A DNA stretch of 64,000 bases from contig CAWHEP010000001.1 in the NCBI GenBank assembly GCA_963828525.1, positions 96,001 to 160,000 of the forward strand. Reading direction: 5' to 3'. Shown here one piece after another: positions 1 to 10,867 of this stretch (within the stretch, counting starts at the first letter, position 1; every line of letters begins with the position of its first letter). The translations under genes and the position numbers were made by a program. Source of the DNA: an uncultured Verrucomicrobiae bacterium. Lineage in GTDB: Bacteria; Verrucomicrobiota; Verrucomicrobiia; Chthoniobacterales; Chthoniobacteraceae. Under the pieces are notes generated by a model. It was not told the DNA's origin. It saw only the letters and a program-made list of their open reading frames with translations, and ran no database searches.

Positions 1-1
1 C

Positions 2-151
2 GGGGTGAAACTGTCAGCGCCGAAAAGTTGGTTGATCTTCGAACAGGAAGATTGGGTGGCGGCCCTCCGGGGGGAGAGTATCTGCTCGATGGTAGCCTTC
101 CGTGGGACGCGATCTCAGATGCGGGACTACCTCGCGTCGCTGGCGAAGTAG
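2..151 (+). CDS. 3' end of a hypothetical protein entering from the left edge
   Basis: Open frame from base 2 (GVKLSAPKSWLIFEQEDWVAALR...DYLASLAK) ending at TAG 149-151, abutting the convergent amidase stop. Confidence 0.45.
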   Translation, partial: GVKLSAPKSWLIFEQEDWVAALRGESICSMVAFRGTRSQMRDYLASLAK

Positions 152-889
152 CTAGTTGGAAAACGATTCGGGCGCGCCGGGCGTGTGAGGGGTAATCCCA
201 GAGGAAGCGGCGCTGGACGCCACCTGCCCTGGGGGAACACCGGAGGAGCCGTAGCGTTGTTGCAGGATCCCTGCCGCAATACCAGAAGCGAGCTTTTCCC
301 GGTAGGATGTATTCGCGCAGAGAGCAGCTTCGCGAGGATTGCTCAAGTAACCGCATTCCACGAGGACAGCAGGGTATTCGTTGAGCCGCAGGACGCGGAA
401 GTTGGCATGCATGACCCCTCTTGTTTGAGACACGGGCGCGAGGCACGCCTGGATGCGCTCGGCGATCTCGCGGGCAGGGCCGGAATTATAGTACGCTTCT
501 GTGCCGCGAATCCGATGGTTCCGAGAATCATTGAAATGGATGCTGACAAATATCGCGTTGTCCTGCCGGTTTGAAATGGCCGCGCGCTCGTTTAAAGGGA
601 TGAAGACATCACTGTCACGCGTCATCACGGTCTGGAAACCCGCATGCCGTAATTCTTTGTCGACTTGCTGGGCGACGTCGAGCGCGGCCATCTTTTCGGC
701 GCCTCCTTTGCGCGAGTATGCGCCACTATCCTTTCCGCCATGCCCAGGATCAATGACCACTGTATGGAACGTCCTGCTGGTGTCTTTGACGGGCGTGGCG
801 CACCCGGCTAGGAAGAGGCATGCCAAAGCAAGAACCGCCGGGGCGAAGTAGCGCGCCGAAAATTTCACCGTTTGATGTATGTTGCTCAT
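152..889 (-). CDS. N-acetylmuramoyl-L-alanine amidase (Amidase_3), lipoprotein
   Basis: VVIDPGHGG, FVSIHFN and AVLVECGY Zn-amidase motifs; lipobox LAGC. Confidence 0.92.
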   Translation of the reverse strand: MSNIHQTVKFSARYFAPAVLALACLFLAGCATPVKDTSRTFHTVVIDPGHGGKDSGAYSRKGGAEKMAALDVAQQVDKELRHAGFQTVMTRDSDVFIPLNERAAISNRQDNAIFVSIHFNDSRNHRIRGTEAYYNSGPAREIAERIQACLAPVSQTRGVMHANFRVLRLNEYPAVLVECGYLSNPREAALCANTSYREKLASGIAAGILQQRYGSSGVPPGQVASSAASSGITPHTPGAPESFSN

Positions 890-952
890 GCTTGAAAGTG
901 GAGCGCTTACTCGCGAGAAGAGAGCAGCTTGTCAAGCGCTGGGCTGAAGGCA

Positions 953-3097
953 ATGACCAATCCGTCTGTTACCAACCATCTCATCGGCGAAAAGTCGCCT
1001 TATCTTATACAGCACGCGCATAACCCAGTGGATTGGTACCCGTGGGGAGAAGAGGCGTTTACGCGGGCGCGCGTGGAGCAAAAGCCGATCTTCCTCTCTA
1101 TTGGCTACTCAACCTGCCACTGGTGCCATGTGATGGCGCGTGAATCGTTTGAGAATGAGGACATCGCTCGGGCGCTGAACGCCGACTTCATCAGCATAAA
1201 GTTGGACCGCGAGGAACGGCCGGATGTAGATCGCGTGTACATGACGTTCGTTCAGGCGACAACCGGCAGCGGCGGATGGCCTATGAGTGTCTTCCTCACG
1301 CCGGAACTGGAGCCTTTCGCTGGAGGTACCTATTTTCCGCCGAGCGACAACTATGGGAGGCCTGGCTTTCCCACGCTGATTCGGCGCGTCAGCGATGCTT
1401 GGAAGTCGGATCCCGCGGCGCTGGCTCAGCAGGGAAAAAACATCATCGCGGCGTTACGTGAGCGGGAGGAAGGCGAGGCTGCCGCTACAGGGTGGGATGC
1501 GCGTCTGCTTCAACGGGGATACGAGCAGATCGCGCGACAATTTGATGCCGATCTAGGCGGGTTCGGCGACGCGCCAAAGTTCCCGAGGCCGGTGATTTTC
1601 GACTTCCTGTTCCGAGTATATGCAAGGAGCCCCAAATCTGTTCAGGGGCTGCATGCGCTGGAGATGAGTCTGCTGACTTTGCGCAAAATGGCGGATGGTG
1701 GGATGCACGATCAACTGGGAGGCGGTTTTCACCGCTATTCCGTGGATCGATACTGGCACATACCGCATTTTGAGAAGATGCTCTACGATCAGGCGCAGCT
1801 GGCGTGCTCGTATGTTGATGCTTTCCAGATCACGAGGGATGTGACTTACGAGAGAGTGGCGCGTGACGTCCTTGATTATGTGACGCGCGATATGACAAGC
1901 GCCCAAGGCGGGTTCTACTCCGCGGAAGATGCGGATAGCCTTTTTGCGCGCGGCAACGCGGCGCATGGGGAAGGGGCTTTCTATGTGTGGACGATGGAAG
2001 AGATTCAATCCTTGGTAGGGGAGGAAGCGGCACTTGTTTTCAATTTCGTTTATGGGGTCGAAGCACAGGGGAATGCTCGCCCAGGGAGCGATCCCCATGG
2101 GGAATTCACGGGTAAAAACACGCTGTTCTTGAGGCGCGCGTTGAGCGAGGCGGCGAAGCGCTTCTCGAAGAGCGAGGCAGAAATTGCGGAGTCGTTGGAA
2201 AGCAGTCGGCGGGCGCTATTTGAAAAGCGGGAGAGCCGCCCTCGACCGCAGCTTGATGACAAAATCATCACCGCATGGAACGGGTTGATGATTTCTGCTT
2301 TTGCCAGGGCAGGAGCCGTGTTTAACGACGCCCGCTATCTTGAAACCGCCTCCAAAGCGGCTTCTTTCCTGAAGGAGCATCTATTTCTCGGAAACGAGGG
2401 GAGGCTGCTGCGAAGCTACTGTCATGGGCCGGGACAGGCGCCAGGCTTCGCTGATGATTACGCCTCGCTCATACAAGGTCTGCTCGATCTGTATGAAGCT
2501 GCCTTCGACGTCACATGGCTCCTTTGGGCGGCGCAGTTACAGGAAACGCAGGACGAATTGTTTTTTGATTCAAAGAGCGGTGGTTACTTTAGCGTCACCG
2601 GAGCTGATCCCAGTATTCTGGTGCGTATGAAGGAAGACTATGACGGGGCTGAGCCCTCGCCGAACTCGACTGCGGCATTGAATCTCATGAGGCTCGCAAG
2701 GATGACAGGACGGGCGGACTTCGAGGAAAAGGCAGGAAGGACAATGCGCGCCTTCGGCCAACAACTGGAGAGCATGCCAATGGCCCTTCCGCGAATGCTC
2801 GTGGCCGTTGATTTTGCCCTCTCCAAACCTTTGCAGATCGTCCTCGCCGGGGACGCCGGGGCGGATGACACGCGAGCGCTTGCTGGTGAGGTTGCTCGTC
2901 ATTACATACCGAACAAGGTGCTGATGCTCGCGGACGGGAGGGACGGCCAGCAGTGGCCGGGAGGAAAGCTGGACATCCTCCGCGACGCGGGGACGCTTGA
3001 GGGGAAAGCAGCCGCGTACGTGTGTGAGGACTTCACATGCAAACTGCCCACGAGCGATGTTGCCAAGCTGCGAGTCATACTTGAGTCCGGGTTGTAA
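953..3097 (+). CDS. Thioredoxin-domain protein, YyaL/SSP411 (DUF255) family
   Basis: [46 protein letters not shown] motifs; ATG at 953 preferred over TTG at 929. Confidence 0.92.
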   Translation: MTNPSVTNHLIGEKSPYLIQHAHNPVDWYPWGEEAFTRARVEQKPIFLSIGYSTCHWCHVMARESFENEDIARALNADFISIKLDREERPDVDRVYMTFVQATTGSGGWPMSVFLTPELEPFAGGTYFPPSDNYGRPGFPTLIRRVSDAWKSDPAALAQQGKNIIAALREREEGEAAATGWDARLLQRGYEQIARQFDADLGGFGDAPKFPRPVIFDFLFRVYARSPKSVQGLHALEMSLLTLRKMADGGMHDQLGGGFHRYSVDRYWHIPHFEKMLYDQAQLACSYVDAFQITRDVTYERVARDVLDYVTRDMTSAQGGFYSAEDADSLFARGNAAHGEGAFYVWTMEEIQSLVGEEAALVFNFVYGVEAQGNARPGSDPHGEFTGKNTLFLRRALSEAAKRFSKSEAEIAESLESSRRALFEKRESRPRPQLDDKIITAWNGLMISAFARAGAVFNDARYLETASKAASFLKEHLFLGNEGRLLRSYCHGPGQAPGFADDYASLIQGLLDLYEAAFDVTWLLWAAQLQETQDELFFDSKSGGYFSVTGADPSILVRMKEDYDGAEPSPNSTAALNLMRLARMTGRADFEEKAGRTMRAFGQQLESMPMALPRMLVAVDFALSKPLQIVLAGDAGADDTRALAGEVARHYIPNKVLMLADGRDGQQWPGGKLDILRDAGTLEGKAAAYVCEDFTCKLPTSDVAKLRVILESGL

Positions 3098-3171
3098 TCA
3101 CCTTGATGCTGTTGAAGAGCTGCCATGCCGGCAGAACCTGATTTCCCTTTCGATCGAAGCAATCCGCCGCT

Positions 3172-4314
3172 CTATGCGTTGAGCGTCACCACCAAACCGG
3201 AAGCCTGAAAATTGAAACCCAAAGACGAGACGAGCACGGAACGCATGGGCATCCGTGAACCGGAGGCGGCAATCAAGCGCAGGTTGTGAGGAGCGGATTC
3301 GCATCCAAGTGTTGGAGGAACCGCCTGTCTTTCGAGCGCCGCGAAAGCCAGGACAGTCTGTATGAGGCTGCTTGCGCCGAGGGCGTCCCCCAGGGACGGT
3401 TTGGGGCAGTAGATCGGCGTTGAAGGGAAGACCCGCAGCAACGCGGACGCTTCGGCAGCATCCAGGCTCGAACCGTTTGCTGCTCCTATGACCAGGTCCG
3501 GTGGCGAGACGGCCTCGGCGACGTCTGTGAATACCTTGCAGAGGGAGGCCGCGGCGCCGGACCGCTGAAAGAACGGAACGCCATCATGAACAAAGCTGAG
3601 GCGGTGCATGCCGTGGCGGCCAATCACCAACCCGGCCGCGCCCTCGCCCAGCAATGCGCCCGCAGGGTAAGGATGGTAAATGGAAACGCCCTTTTCAGCC
3701 GTCGCGAGTCGCCATTCGCGATAAGCCTCGCACAAAACCCAATCGACCTCCTCACTTCCGACGACAAGACAGTGCTCAATATCGGTCGTCGCGAGGAGCT
3801 GCTCGGCGTATTTGATGGCGCTAATGCCGACGGAGGAATCGCCGACGAGCGTGTAGCTCATGCCGTCGATCCCGATGAGCGCGGCGAGATGGCTTCCGGG
3901 CGCGTTATAGACAGTTTCAGGAAAGAGGAGGGGACTGGCTGCATTGGCGCCCTTTTCCACGATGGTGTCGTAGAACCGGCGCGTGTAGGTGACGCCTCCG
4001 CTGGATATGGCCAGAATGAGGGCGAGCTTCGAGGGGTCTACGGCCTGTATGTCGATGCCGGCGTTGGCGAGGGCCGAGAGGCCTGCGGAAGCGGCGAAGT
4101 AGCTAATCGCGCTCGAACGGCGCAGGCGGGGATTTTTGCCGAGTTCGGCGACTTGCGCGGGGGGGACAGGGACGAAAGGATAAGACCGATCCCTGTGCTG
4201 GAGGAGCTTCACTTCCGCGCGCTCGGAGGCCGTGAGCCTGTCCCACACTTCGTCTGGACGGTTGCCCAAGGGAGTAACCAACCCAACACCCTGAATGAAA
4301 GAACAACCTTTCAT
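3172..4314 (-). CDS. Non-catalytic beta-ketoacyl synthase-like protein (chain-length-factor-like)
   Basis: KS fold motifs (GEGAA, SLGF) with the catalytic triad replaced (GDSSVG, AANGS, GDALGA); ATG overlaps the upstream stop as ATGA. Confidence 0.8.
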   Translation of the reverse strand: MKGCSFIQGVGLVTPLGNRPDEVWDRLTASERAEVKLLQHRDRSYPFVPVPPAQVAELGKNPRLRRSSAISYFAASAGLSALANAGIDIQAVDPSKLALILAISSGGVTYTRRFYDTIVEKGANAASPLLFPETVYNAPGSHLAALIGIDGMSYTLVGDSSVGISAIKYAEQLLATTDIEHCLVVGSEEVDWVLCEAYREWRLATAEKGVSIYHPYPAGALLGEGAAGLVIGRHGMHRLSFVHDGVPFFQRSGAAASLCKVFTDVAEAVSPPDLVIGAANGSSLDAAEASALLRVFPSTPIYCPKPSLGDALGASSLIQTVLAFAALERQAVPPTLGCESAPHNLRLIAASGSRMPMRSVLVSSLGFNFQASGLVVTLNA

Positions 4315-5507
4315 CTTGAAAAATGCTCCAGAACAAGGGTGGCGTTCGTTCCCCCGAAACCGAACGAATTGGAGAGAACGCGTTGCACCGGCGCGCTTCG
4401 CGCGTGATCGACCACCTGAAAAGTCCATGCCGGATCAGGAGAACGAAAATTGATATTGGGCGGAAGGAATTGATGGCGGATCGCAAGCAGACAGAAAGCC
4501 GCCTCAATGGCGCCGGCCGCTCCCAAAGAGTGCCCCATCATCGACTTGGTTGAACTGACCGGAACGGGGCGTTGGAAGAGGCGCGAAATCGCAACGCCCT
4601 CGGTGGAATCATTGAACGCGGTGGCTGTGCCGTGCGCATTGACATAGTCGACGTCGTCCGCCCGGCATCCAGCGGACGCGAGGGCGCGACTCATCGAAAG
4701 GAAGGGACCGTCACCGGATGGGTGCGGCTGGGTGAGATGGTAATTATCGGTGGAGATGCCGTAACCCGTGACGCGAGCGAGAATCGGCGCTTGACGCGCG
4801 AGCGCGGAGGGAAGCGACTCCAAAGCCAGAAGGGCTGCTCCTTCGCCAAGGACCAAGCCCGTCCGATCTTGATCGAAGGGTCGGATTTTCTCGGATGTGG
4901 CGGCTTGGAGCGAATCAAAGCCAACGAAAACGAGCTCGGAAATAGCATCATAGCCGCCGCAGAGGACTCGTTGGCGGATGCCGTGTCGAATGAGAGAGAA
5001 CGCGTGTCCTATGGCGTTGGTGCCGGACGCGCAGGCGTTTGCGATAATCTGGGATGGCGCGGCAAAGCCCGCGCTTTCCTGGGCGTCAAGAACCGGCTTC
5101 TGCGGGTTGTAGTTTGCCAGCCAGGAGGCTCGTCTGGGGCGCTTTCCCCCTGTAACAAGCGAGCGGAAGAAGGCCTCGCCATTGCTCATTCCCCCGCTTG
5201 TGGTGCCAATCACGACCAGCTCTGGAACGAACCCCGGATCCTCCTGACGCAGGTCGCCCGCCGCTGCCATCATCATCCGGCTGGCCCGGTGGAGACGCTT
5301 GCTCTTGCGGCTCGTTGGACTGTCCAGCAAGCTGTCCGGAACCTGTCCCGCCGTTGAGGATCTGCACTTGGAAACATCGAACTGCGAGACATATGAAACG
5401 CAGTCGCGCGCGCGCAAAAGCGTGTCGTAGGTTGATGCCATGCCGCGGCCGAGCGGACTTACGACGCCAGCCGCGGTGACCACAACCTCGATGTCGGAGT
5501 GTGCCAT
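4311..5507 (-). CDS. Beta-ketoacyl-ACP synthase (FabF-like KS)
   Basis: Intact Cys-His-His triad: ANACASG, NAHGTAT, GHSLGA; C-terminal SNSFGFGG. Confidence 0.92.
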   Translation of the reverse strand: MAHSDIEVVVTAAGVVSPLGRGMASTYDTLLRARDCVSYVSQFDVSKCRSSTAGQVPDSLLDSPTSRKSKRLHRASRMMMAAAGDLRQEDPGFVPELVVIGTTSGGMSNGEAFFRSLVTGGKRPRRASWLANYNPQKPVLDAQESAGFAAPSQIIANACASGTNAIGHAFSLIRHGIRQRVLCGGYDAISELVFVGFDSLQAATSEKIRPFDQDRTGLVLGEGAALLALESLPSALARQAPILARVTGYGISTDNYHLTQPHPSGDGPFLSMSRALASAGCRADDVDYVNAHGTATAFNDSTEGVAISRLFQRPVPVSSTKSMMGHSLGAAGAIEAAFCLLAIRHQFLPPNINFRSPDPAWTFQVVDHARSAPVQRVLSNSFGFGGTNATLVLEHFSR

Positions 5508-5561
5508 TGTTGGATGTTGTGTTTTCTGTGACTCTGCGATACGACTGCAACCGTTTAACCA

Positions 5562-6677
5562 ATGCTGTCCAGCCAGACTTTATTCACATCGAATCCCGCC
5601 ACGCTGCATAACTCTGCAGGCGAAATCCACGACAAAGTCAGATTGGGACTCAGGATCTCGGACGCCGAGGCTCTCGAACTTTACCGCTGCGCCGACCTGG
5701 AGTTACTTGCGCGGATCGGCTCTGCCGCGCGAGCCATGCGACATGGGAGTTCCGCCTTTTATATCATAAATCGGCACATCAACTACTCCAACATTTGTAT
5801 CCTGGATTGCGATTTTTGCGCCTTTGGAAAGCGGAAGCGGGATGCCGGAGCCTATGAGCTCACCATATCCCAGATGGTGGAGAAAACGAGGCTCTCTCTT
5901 GAAACCGGAGCGCGGGAGATTCACATCGTCGGAGGGCTGCATCCCACGTGGAAATTTGACGTCTATCTCGAGATGCTTGCCGCGTTGCGGGCGCTAAGCC
6001 CCGACCTATCGTTGAAGGCCTTCACAGCCATCGAGATTCTGCACTTTGCGTGGGTCTCAAGAAGTTCCGTTGAAAAAGTGCTGGAGAGGTTGAAGGAAGC
6101 TGGACTGAACTGCCTTACCGGAGGAGGAGCCGAGATATTCGAGGAGAGTATCCGCAACCAGATATGCAGAGGCAAGGAAAGCGGCGAGGAATGGCTTTCA
6201 GTCCACAGGACGGCTCACCAGATGGGCATTAGGTCAACCGCCACGATGCTGTTTGGCCATGTGGAGTCATACGCGGATCGGGTTGACCACCTGCGCAAAC
6301 TGCGGGAGCTGCAGGATGAGACGGGTGGGTTTCTCGCCTTTCTGCCGCTTGCCTTCAAGCCGGCGCACAGGCTGGAGCATCTGAGCGGGCCGACGGAAGA
6401 CGAGACATTGCAGAACATGGCGGTGTGCCGGGCGTATCTGGATAACTTTGACCATATAAAGTCGTATTGGATCAGTTACGGGCTTGATCTTGCGAGGAAG
6501 TCGCTGGCCTTTGGCGCGGATGACCTTGATGGAACGATTGAAGAAGAGCGCATCTACCATATGGCGGGCGCGGATTCGCCAATTTCACAGACCGTGGATG
6601 CGCTTCGCCAGACGATCGTCGCCGCGGGGTTGGAGCCTGTTTTAAGGGACAGCTTCTACAGGGAAGTTTGCGTCTGA
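5562..6677 (+). CDS. mqnE: Radical SAM aminofutalosine synthase-like protein (CofH/MqnE family)
   Basis: CxxxCxxC (CILDCDFC), GGGAEIF, HIKSYW (MqnE-type), GADDLDGT. Confidence 0.8.
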   Translation: MLSSQTLFTSNPATLHNSAGEIHDKVRLGLRISDAEALELYRCADLELLARIGSAARAMRHGSSAFYIINRHINYSNICILDCDFCAFGKRKRDAGAYELTISQMVEKTRLSLETGAREIHIVGGLHPTWKFDVYLEMLAALRALSPDLSLKAFTAIEILHFAWVSRSSVEKVLERLKEAGLNCLTGGGAEIFEESIRNQICRGKESGEEWLSVHRTAHQMGIRSTATMLFGHVESYADRVDHLRKLRELQDETGGFLAFLPLAFKPAHRLEHLSGPTEDETLQNMAVCRAYLDNFDHIKSYWISYGLDLARKSLAFGADDLDGTIEEERIYHMAGADSPISQTVDALRQTIVAAGLEPVLRDSFYREVCV

Positions 6678-6782
6678 CGGGCTCGGTCGAGCTCATCTGA
6701 GGAAGCGAGAGAGCCTGTTTAATCCAGTGCGTAGCCGGTAATTGCTGTTTCTTAAAGCAGGGAGCTTTATTAGAACGCTCTG

Positions 6783-7115
6783 ATGCATACGTTTCAGTCG
6801 ATCATCGCTTCAGGGATCACCCTCAACGCGTGGAAGGTGGTTGGCCTGTCCGGCAGCGTAATCTTTGGGTTGCGTTTCTTTATTCAATGGGTGGCATCTG
6901 AGAAGGCAAAAAAGAGCACCATACCCTTCGGGTTTTGGGAATGCAGCGTCGTTGGATGCCTGCTGACTCTCAGCTACTTCGCAATCTACAGGAGGGATTC
7001 TGTGGGGGTGATTCAGAACATCCTCCCGCTGCCAATCTACCTGCGAAATTTGTATTTCACCTACAGAGAACGAACGCCAACCCATCCTGGCAATGAGCCA
7101 AGGGTAGAGGAGTAG
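6783..7115 (+). CDS. Stand-alone lipid A biosynthesis N-terminal (LAB_N) domain membrane protein
   Basis: FGLRFFIQWVASEKAKKSTIPFGFW...YFAIYRRDSV signature, about three TM segments. Confidence 0.8.
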   Translation: MHTFQSIIASGITLNAWKVVGLSGSVIFGLRFFIQWVASEKAKKSTIPFGFWECSVVGCLLTLSYFAIYRRDSVGVIQNILPLPIYLRNLYFTYRERTPTHPGNEPRVEE

Positions 7116-7208
7116 GCGGGACGCGGTCGGTGGCGTTTAGCCAACGAACCGTGGACGCGCGCGGAAAATCGCGCTTCCGATGAGTTGGCGTCCGGGTGGA
7201 ACTGCGCT

Positions 7209-8387
7209 ATGATTTTGCCCCGCATCGTGAAAAGCCATCCGATAATCTATCTCGACAATAACGCGACAACCCGCGTGGACCCGGCGGTAATCGAGGAGAT
7301 GATGCCTTTCTTAACCGAGTTCTACGGTAATGCATCGAGCGGATATAGCTTCAGCAACAAGGTGGCCGGCGCCTTGGATCATGCGAGGGAGCGAGTAGCG
7401 AATTTGCTGGGGTGCGAGCCGAACGAGATTCTTTTCACGAGTTGCGGAACCGAATCGAATAATGCGGCGATCAGTTCGGCGTTGCAGATGAACCCCGACA
7501 GGCAGCATGTCGTTACCACGGCCGTCGAGCACAGCTCGATCATGAAGCATGGGGAGACCCTGGCGAAGCGTGGGCACGAGGTCACATGGCTTGGGGTGGA
7601 TCATAATGGGCAAATCGATCTCGCTGAACTGGACCGGGCTATTCGACCCGATACGGCCATCGTGTCGATTATGTGGGCGAATAACGAAACAGGCGCTATT
7701 TCGCCGATCCATGACATCGCTGAGATCGTTCGAAAAAAAGGAACGCTTTTTCACACCGACGCGGTGCAGGCAATCGGGAAAATTCCGATCAAGGTTCGAG
7801 AATCCAAGATTAATTTTCTCTCCCTGTCGGGGCACAAGTTGCATTGCCCGAAGGGGGTGGGAGTTCTTTACGTGAATGGACGGACGAAGTTCAACCCGTA
7901 CCTGATTGGCGGGGGGCAGGAGCACGGAAAGCGCGCCGGGACGGAGAACGTGGCTTCCATTGCGGGTCTCGGAAAGGCGGCGGAGTTGGCCGCCAGCTTT
8001 ATCATGCATGAGGCGACGGCCGTGAAGGCGCTACGGGATGAGTTTGAGCAGACTGTCCTTGGGGCCATACCGGATACGCATTTAAACGGAGATGCTGAAC
8101 GACGCCTGCCGAACACATCGAATATCGCGTTCGAAGGGATCGAATCCGAGGCCGTGCTTGTGCTTCTGGACAAATATGGCATTTGCTGTTCGGCAGGTTC
8201 AGCCTGCACGACAGGTTCTCTGCATCCCTCGCATGTGTTAAAGGCGATGGGTTTTGGCACCGATCGGGCCCGCGGAAGCCTCCGCTTTTCATTTAGCCGC
8301 TATACCACCCGCGAGGAAGTTGGCGTGGTTCTGGAGGTCCTGCCCAAGGTGATCTCGAAGCTGCGCCAGATGACGTTGGCGGCATGA
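7209..8387 (+). CDS. nifS: Cysteine desulfurase (IscS/NifS class I)
   Basis: YLDNNATT, PLP-lysine SGHK, catalytic GSACT, RAGTEN; start could be GTG at 7227. Confidence 0.9.
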   Translation: MILPRIVKSHPIIYLDNNATTRVDPAVIEEMMPFLTEFYGNASSGYSFSNKVAGALDHARERVANLLGCEPNEILFTSCGTESNNAAISSALQMNPDRQHVVTTAVEHSSIMKHGETLAKRGHEVTWLGVDHNGQIDLAELDRAIRPDTAIVSIMWANNETGAISPIHDIAEIVRKKGTLFHTDAVQAIGKIPIKVRESKINFLSLSGHKLHCPKGVGVLYVNGRTKFNPYLIGGGQEHGKRAGTENVASIAGLGKAAELAASFIMHEATAVKALRDEFEQTVLGAIPDTHLNGDAERRLPNTSNIAFEGIESEAVLVLLDKYGICCSAGSACTTGSLHPSHVLKAMGFGTDRARGSLRFSFSRYTTREEVGVVLEVLPKVISKLRQMTLAA

Positions 8388-8467
8388 GACACTTCTTGTC
8401 TGCTGTCTCGCGCTCCGGCAATGCGATGCAGCGTGAACCAAATCGCTGATATTTATGAAAAATCGCA

Positions 8468-8495
8468 TTGACAGCGTTTCTCACGCCGATAAGTT
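8468..8495 (+). promoter_or_regulatory. Putative sigma70 promoter for the tRNA-Thr/tuf cluster
   Basis: Perfect TTGACA (8468-8473), 16-nt spacer, TAAGTT (8490-8495), AT-rich upstream tract. Confidence 0.55.
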
Positions 8496-8617
8496 CGCAG
8501 TTCGCTTCAGGCCATTTTGACGGAACCAACCCTGGTCGTTTGGATTTACTTTCAACCGATCCGGGGTTTTTCGCCCTTGTGGCCGGAGGTGACGGTGAAG
8601 CGGCATGTGTGAAGTAG

Positions 8618-8693
8618 GCCCATGTAGCTCAGTTGGCAGAGCACGTCCTTGGTAAGGACGAGGTCACCGGTTCGATCCCGGTCATGGGCTCCA
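8618..8693 (+). tRNA. tRNA-Thr(GGT)
   Basis: Acceptor GCCCATG/CATGGGC, anticodon arm CGTCC-TTGGTAA-GGACG, GGTTCGATCCC T-loop, encoded CCA. Confidence 0.97.
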
Positions 8694-8764
8694 TGCGCCG
8701 AGTTTGAGCAACGCTGGGATTTGAAAAAGTAGATTAAACCTGAACTAAAAGTAGGAGACCTTAA

Positions 8765-9949
8765 ATGGCCAAGGATAAATTCGAGAGAAACAAGCCACAT
8801 GTGAATGTCGGCACGATCGGTCACGTTGACCACGGCAAAACTACCCTCACGTCGGCAATCACCACCATTCTTGCGAAGAAAGGTTTCGCGGAAGCCAAGG
8901 CCTACGACCAGATTGACGCTGCTCCGGAGGAAAAAGAGCGCGGCATCACCATTTCCACCGCCCACGTGGAGTATCAGAGCGACAAGCGCCATTACGCGCA
9001 TGTCGATTGCCCAGGGCACGCGGATTACGTTAAGAACATGATTACCGGCGCTGCTCAGATGGACGGCGCGATTTTGGTTGTTAGCGCGGCGGACGGTCCA
9101 ATGCCTCAGACGCGCGAGCATATCCTCCTCGCCCGCCAGGTCGGAGTTCCTTCAATTGTCGTGTTCCTCAACAAAGTGGACATGGTGGATGACCCCGAAC
9201 TCCTTGATCTGGTCGAGATGGAAGTGCGTGATCTTCTTACGCAGTACGAGTTTCCCGGCGACAAGATCCCTATCGTTAAGGGAAGCGCTCTTAAAGCCCT
9301 GGAAGGGGACGCGGAAGCTGAGAAACAGATTCTCGCGCTAATCGACGCGGTGGATGAATACATCCCCGTGCCTGAGCGCCCGATTGATCAGCCGTTCCTC
9401 CTTCCTGTGGAAGACGTTTTCAACATTGAAGGTCGTGGCACCGTCGCGACGGGTCGAGTGGAGCGCGGCATTCTCAAGAAGATGGAAGAGGTTGAGATTG
9501 TTGGTATTACCAATACGGCGAAGACGGTCTGCACCGACATCGAAATGTTTCGCAAGCTTCTCGACGAGGCTCGCGCCGGTGACAACGTAGGCTTGCTGCT
9601 GCGCGGTGTGAAAAAGGAAGATGTTTTCCGTGGGCAGGTGATTTCCAAGCCCGGTTCGATCAAGCCGCACAAAAAATTCAAAGCAGAGGTTTATGTGCTA
9701 AGCAAAGAGGAGGGCGGCCGCCACACTCCATTCTTTACTAACTATCGCCCGCAATTCTACTTCCGGACGACAGACGTGACCGGAACGTGCAAACTGCCTG
9801 ATGGCGTCGAGATGGTGATGCCAGGGGACAATGTATCGATCGAGGTCGAATTGCACACCCCAATCGCGATGGAGAAGACCATTCGTTTCGCGATTCGTGA
9901 AGGCGGCAAAACGGTGGGCGCAGGGAGGGTAAGCGATATTCTGGATTAG
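8765..9949 (+). CDS. tuf: Elongation factor Tu
   Basis: [20 protein letters not shown]; 394 aa. Confidence 0.99.
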   Translation: MAKDKFERNKPHVNVGTIGHVDHGKTTLTSAITTILAKKGFAEAKAYDQIDAAPEEKERGITISTAHVEYQSDKRHYAHVDCPGHADYVKNMITGAAQMDGAILVVSAADGPMPQTREHILLARQVGVPSIVVFLNKVDMVDDPELLDLVEMEVRDLLTQYEFPGDKIPIVKGSALKALEGDAEAEKQILALIDAVDEYIPVPERPIDQPFLLPVEDVFNIEGRGTVATGRVERGILKKMEEVEIVGITNTAKTVCTDIEMFRKLLDEARAGDNVGLLLRGVKKEDVFRGQVISKPGSIKPHKKFKAEVYVLSKEEGGRHTPFFTNYRPQFYFRTTDVTGTCKLPDGVEMVMPGDNVSIEVELHTPIAMEKTIRFAIREGGKTVGAGRVSDILD

Positions 9950-9959
9950 TTTTTGTCTT

Positions 9960-10032
9960 AGGTCAGTAGCTCAATTGGTAGAGTAGCGGTCTCCAAAACC
10001 GTCGGTTGGGGGTTCGAGTCCCTCCTGGCCTG
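9960..10032 (+). tRNA. tRNA-Trp(CCA)
   Basis: AGGTCAG/CTGGCCT acceptor, GCGGT-CTCCAAA-ACCGT anticodon arm, GGTTCGAGTCC; no encoded CCA. Confidence 0.95.
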
Positions 10033-10072
10033 TTGACCTCCGAAATATCCTTCACACAGCGCGACTTTTTAA

Positions 10073-10282
10073 ATGGGAAAGCTGAAAACTTTTAGTAGCG
10101 AAGTATCCACCGAACTTCAGAAGGCGAGCTGGCCTTGGGATCCCAAGGAGCGCGGCTTCAAGAGGTACAAGGAACTCGTGGACTCAACGGTGATCGTGGT
10201 GATCGCCATGTTGCTGTTGGCGGGGTACATCGCGTTTTGGGATTTCGTGCTTTTGAACGTCGTCGGTGGTCTGACTCGATAA
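10073..10282 (+). CDS. secE: Preprotein translocase SecE
   Basis: ELQKASWP motif, single TM, located between tRNA-Trp and nusG. Confidence 0.92.
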   Translation: MGKLKTFSSEVSTELQKASWPWDPKERGFKRYKELVDSTVIVVIAMLLLAGYIAFWDFVLLNVVGGLTR

Positions 10283-10286
10283 GCTG

Positions 10287-10853
10287 ATGATGAAGGAGCC
10301 TGATAAAAACCAGTGGTTTGTCATTCATGTCCTCGCCGGCCAGGAGCAGAAGGTGCATGATAACCTGGTCAAGAGGATCAAGACCGAGGAAATGAGTGAT
10401 CTCGTTTACGAGGTTCTGATCCCGACCGAACGCGTTTCAGAGATCAAACGCGGCAAGAAAACGGAGACGACCCGCAAGTTTTTCCCAGGCTATTTGATAG
10501 CTAATATGTATCTGCTGGACGACAGCAAGCAACTGGTGGATCGCACTTGGTATTTTATACGCGAGACCACGGGGGTGATTGGGTTCGCGGGAACTAAGGA
10601 TCGTCCGATCCCGATGCGTGACTCCGAGGTGCAGGGCATGCTCGCGCAGATGCGGGAGCGTGAGGACAAGGTGAAGCCAAAAGTGAGCTTCGAAGTGGGA
10701 GAGACTGTGAAGGTGGCTGATGGTCCATTCCAGAATCAGAGTGGGATTGTGGAGGAAATCGATCCTGAACGCGGTCGGCTGCGCGTGTCGGTCAACATTT
10801 TCGGGCGCTCTGCCCCGGTCGATCTGGAATATTGGCAGGTTGAGAGAGGTTAA
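10287..10853 (+). CDS. nusG: Transcription factor NusG
   Basis: KFFPGYL, KOW domain [14 protein letters not shown]. Confidence 0.97.
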   Translation: MMKEPDKNQWFVIHVLAGQEQKVHDNLVKRIKTEEMSDLVYEVLIPTERVSEIKRGKKTETTRKFFPGYLIANMYLLDDSKQLVDRTWYFIRETTGVIGFAGTKDRPIPMRDSEVQGMLAQMREREDKVKPKVSFEVGETVKVADGPFQNQSGIVEEIDPERGRLRVSVNIFGRSAPVDLEYWQVERG

Positions 10854-10867
10854 AGACTTTAAAAATC

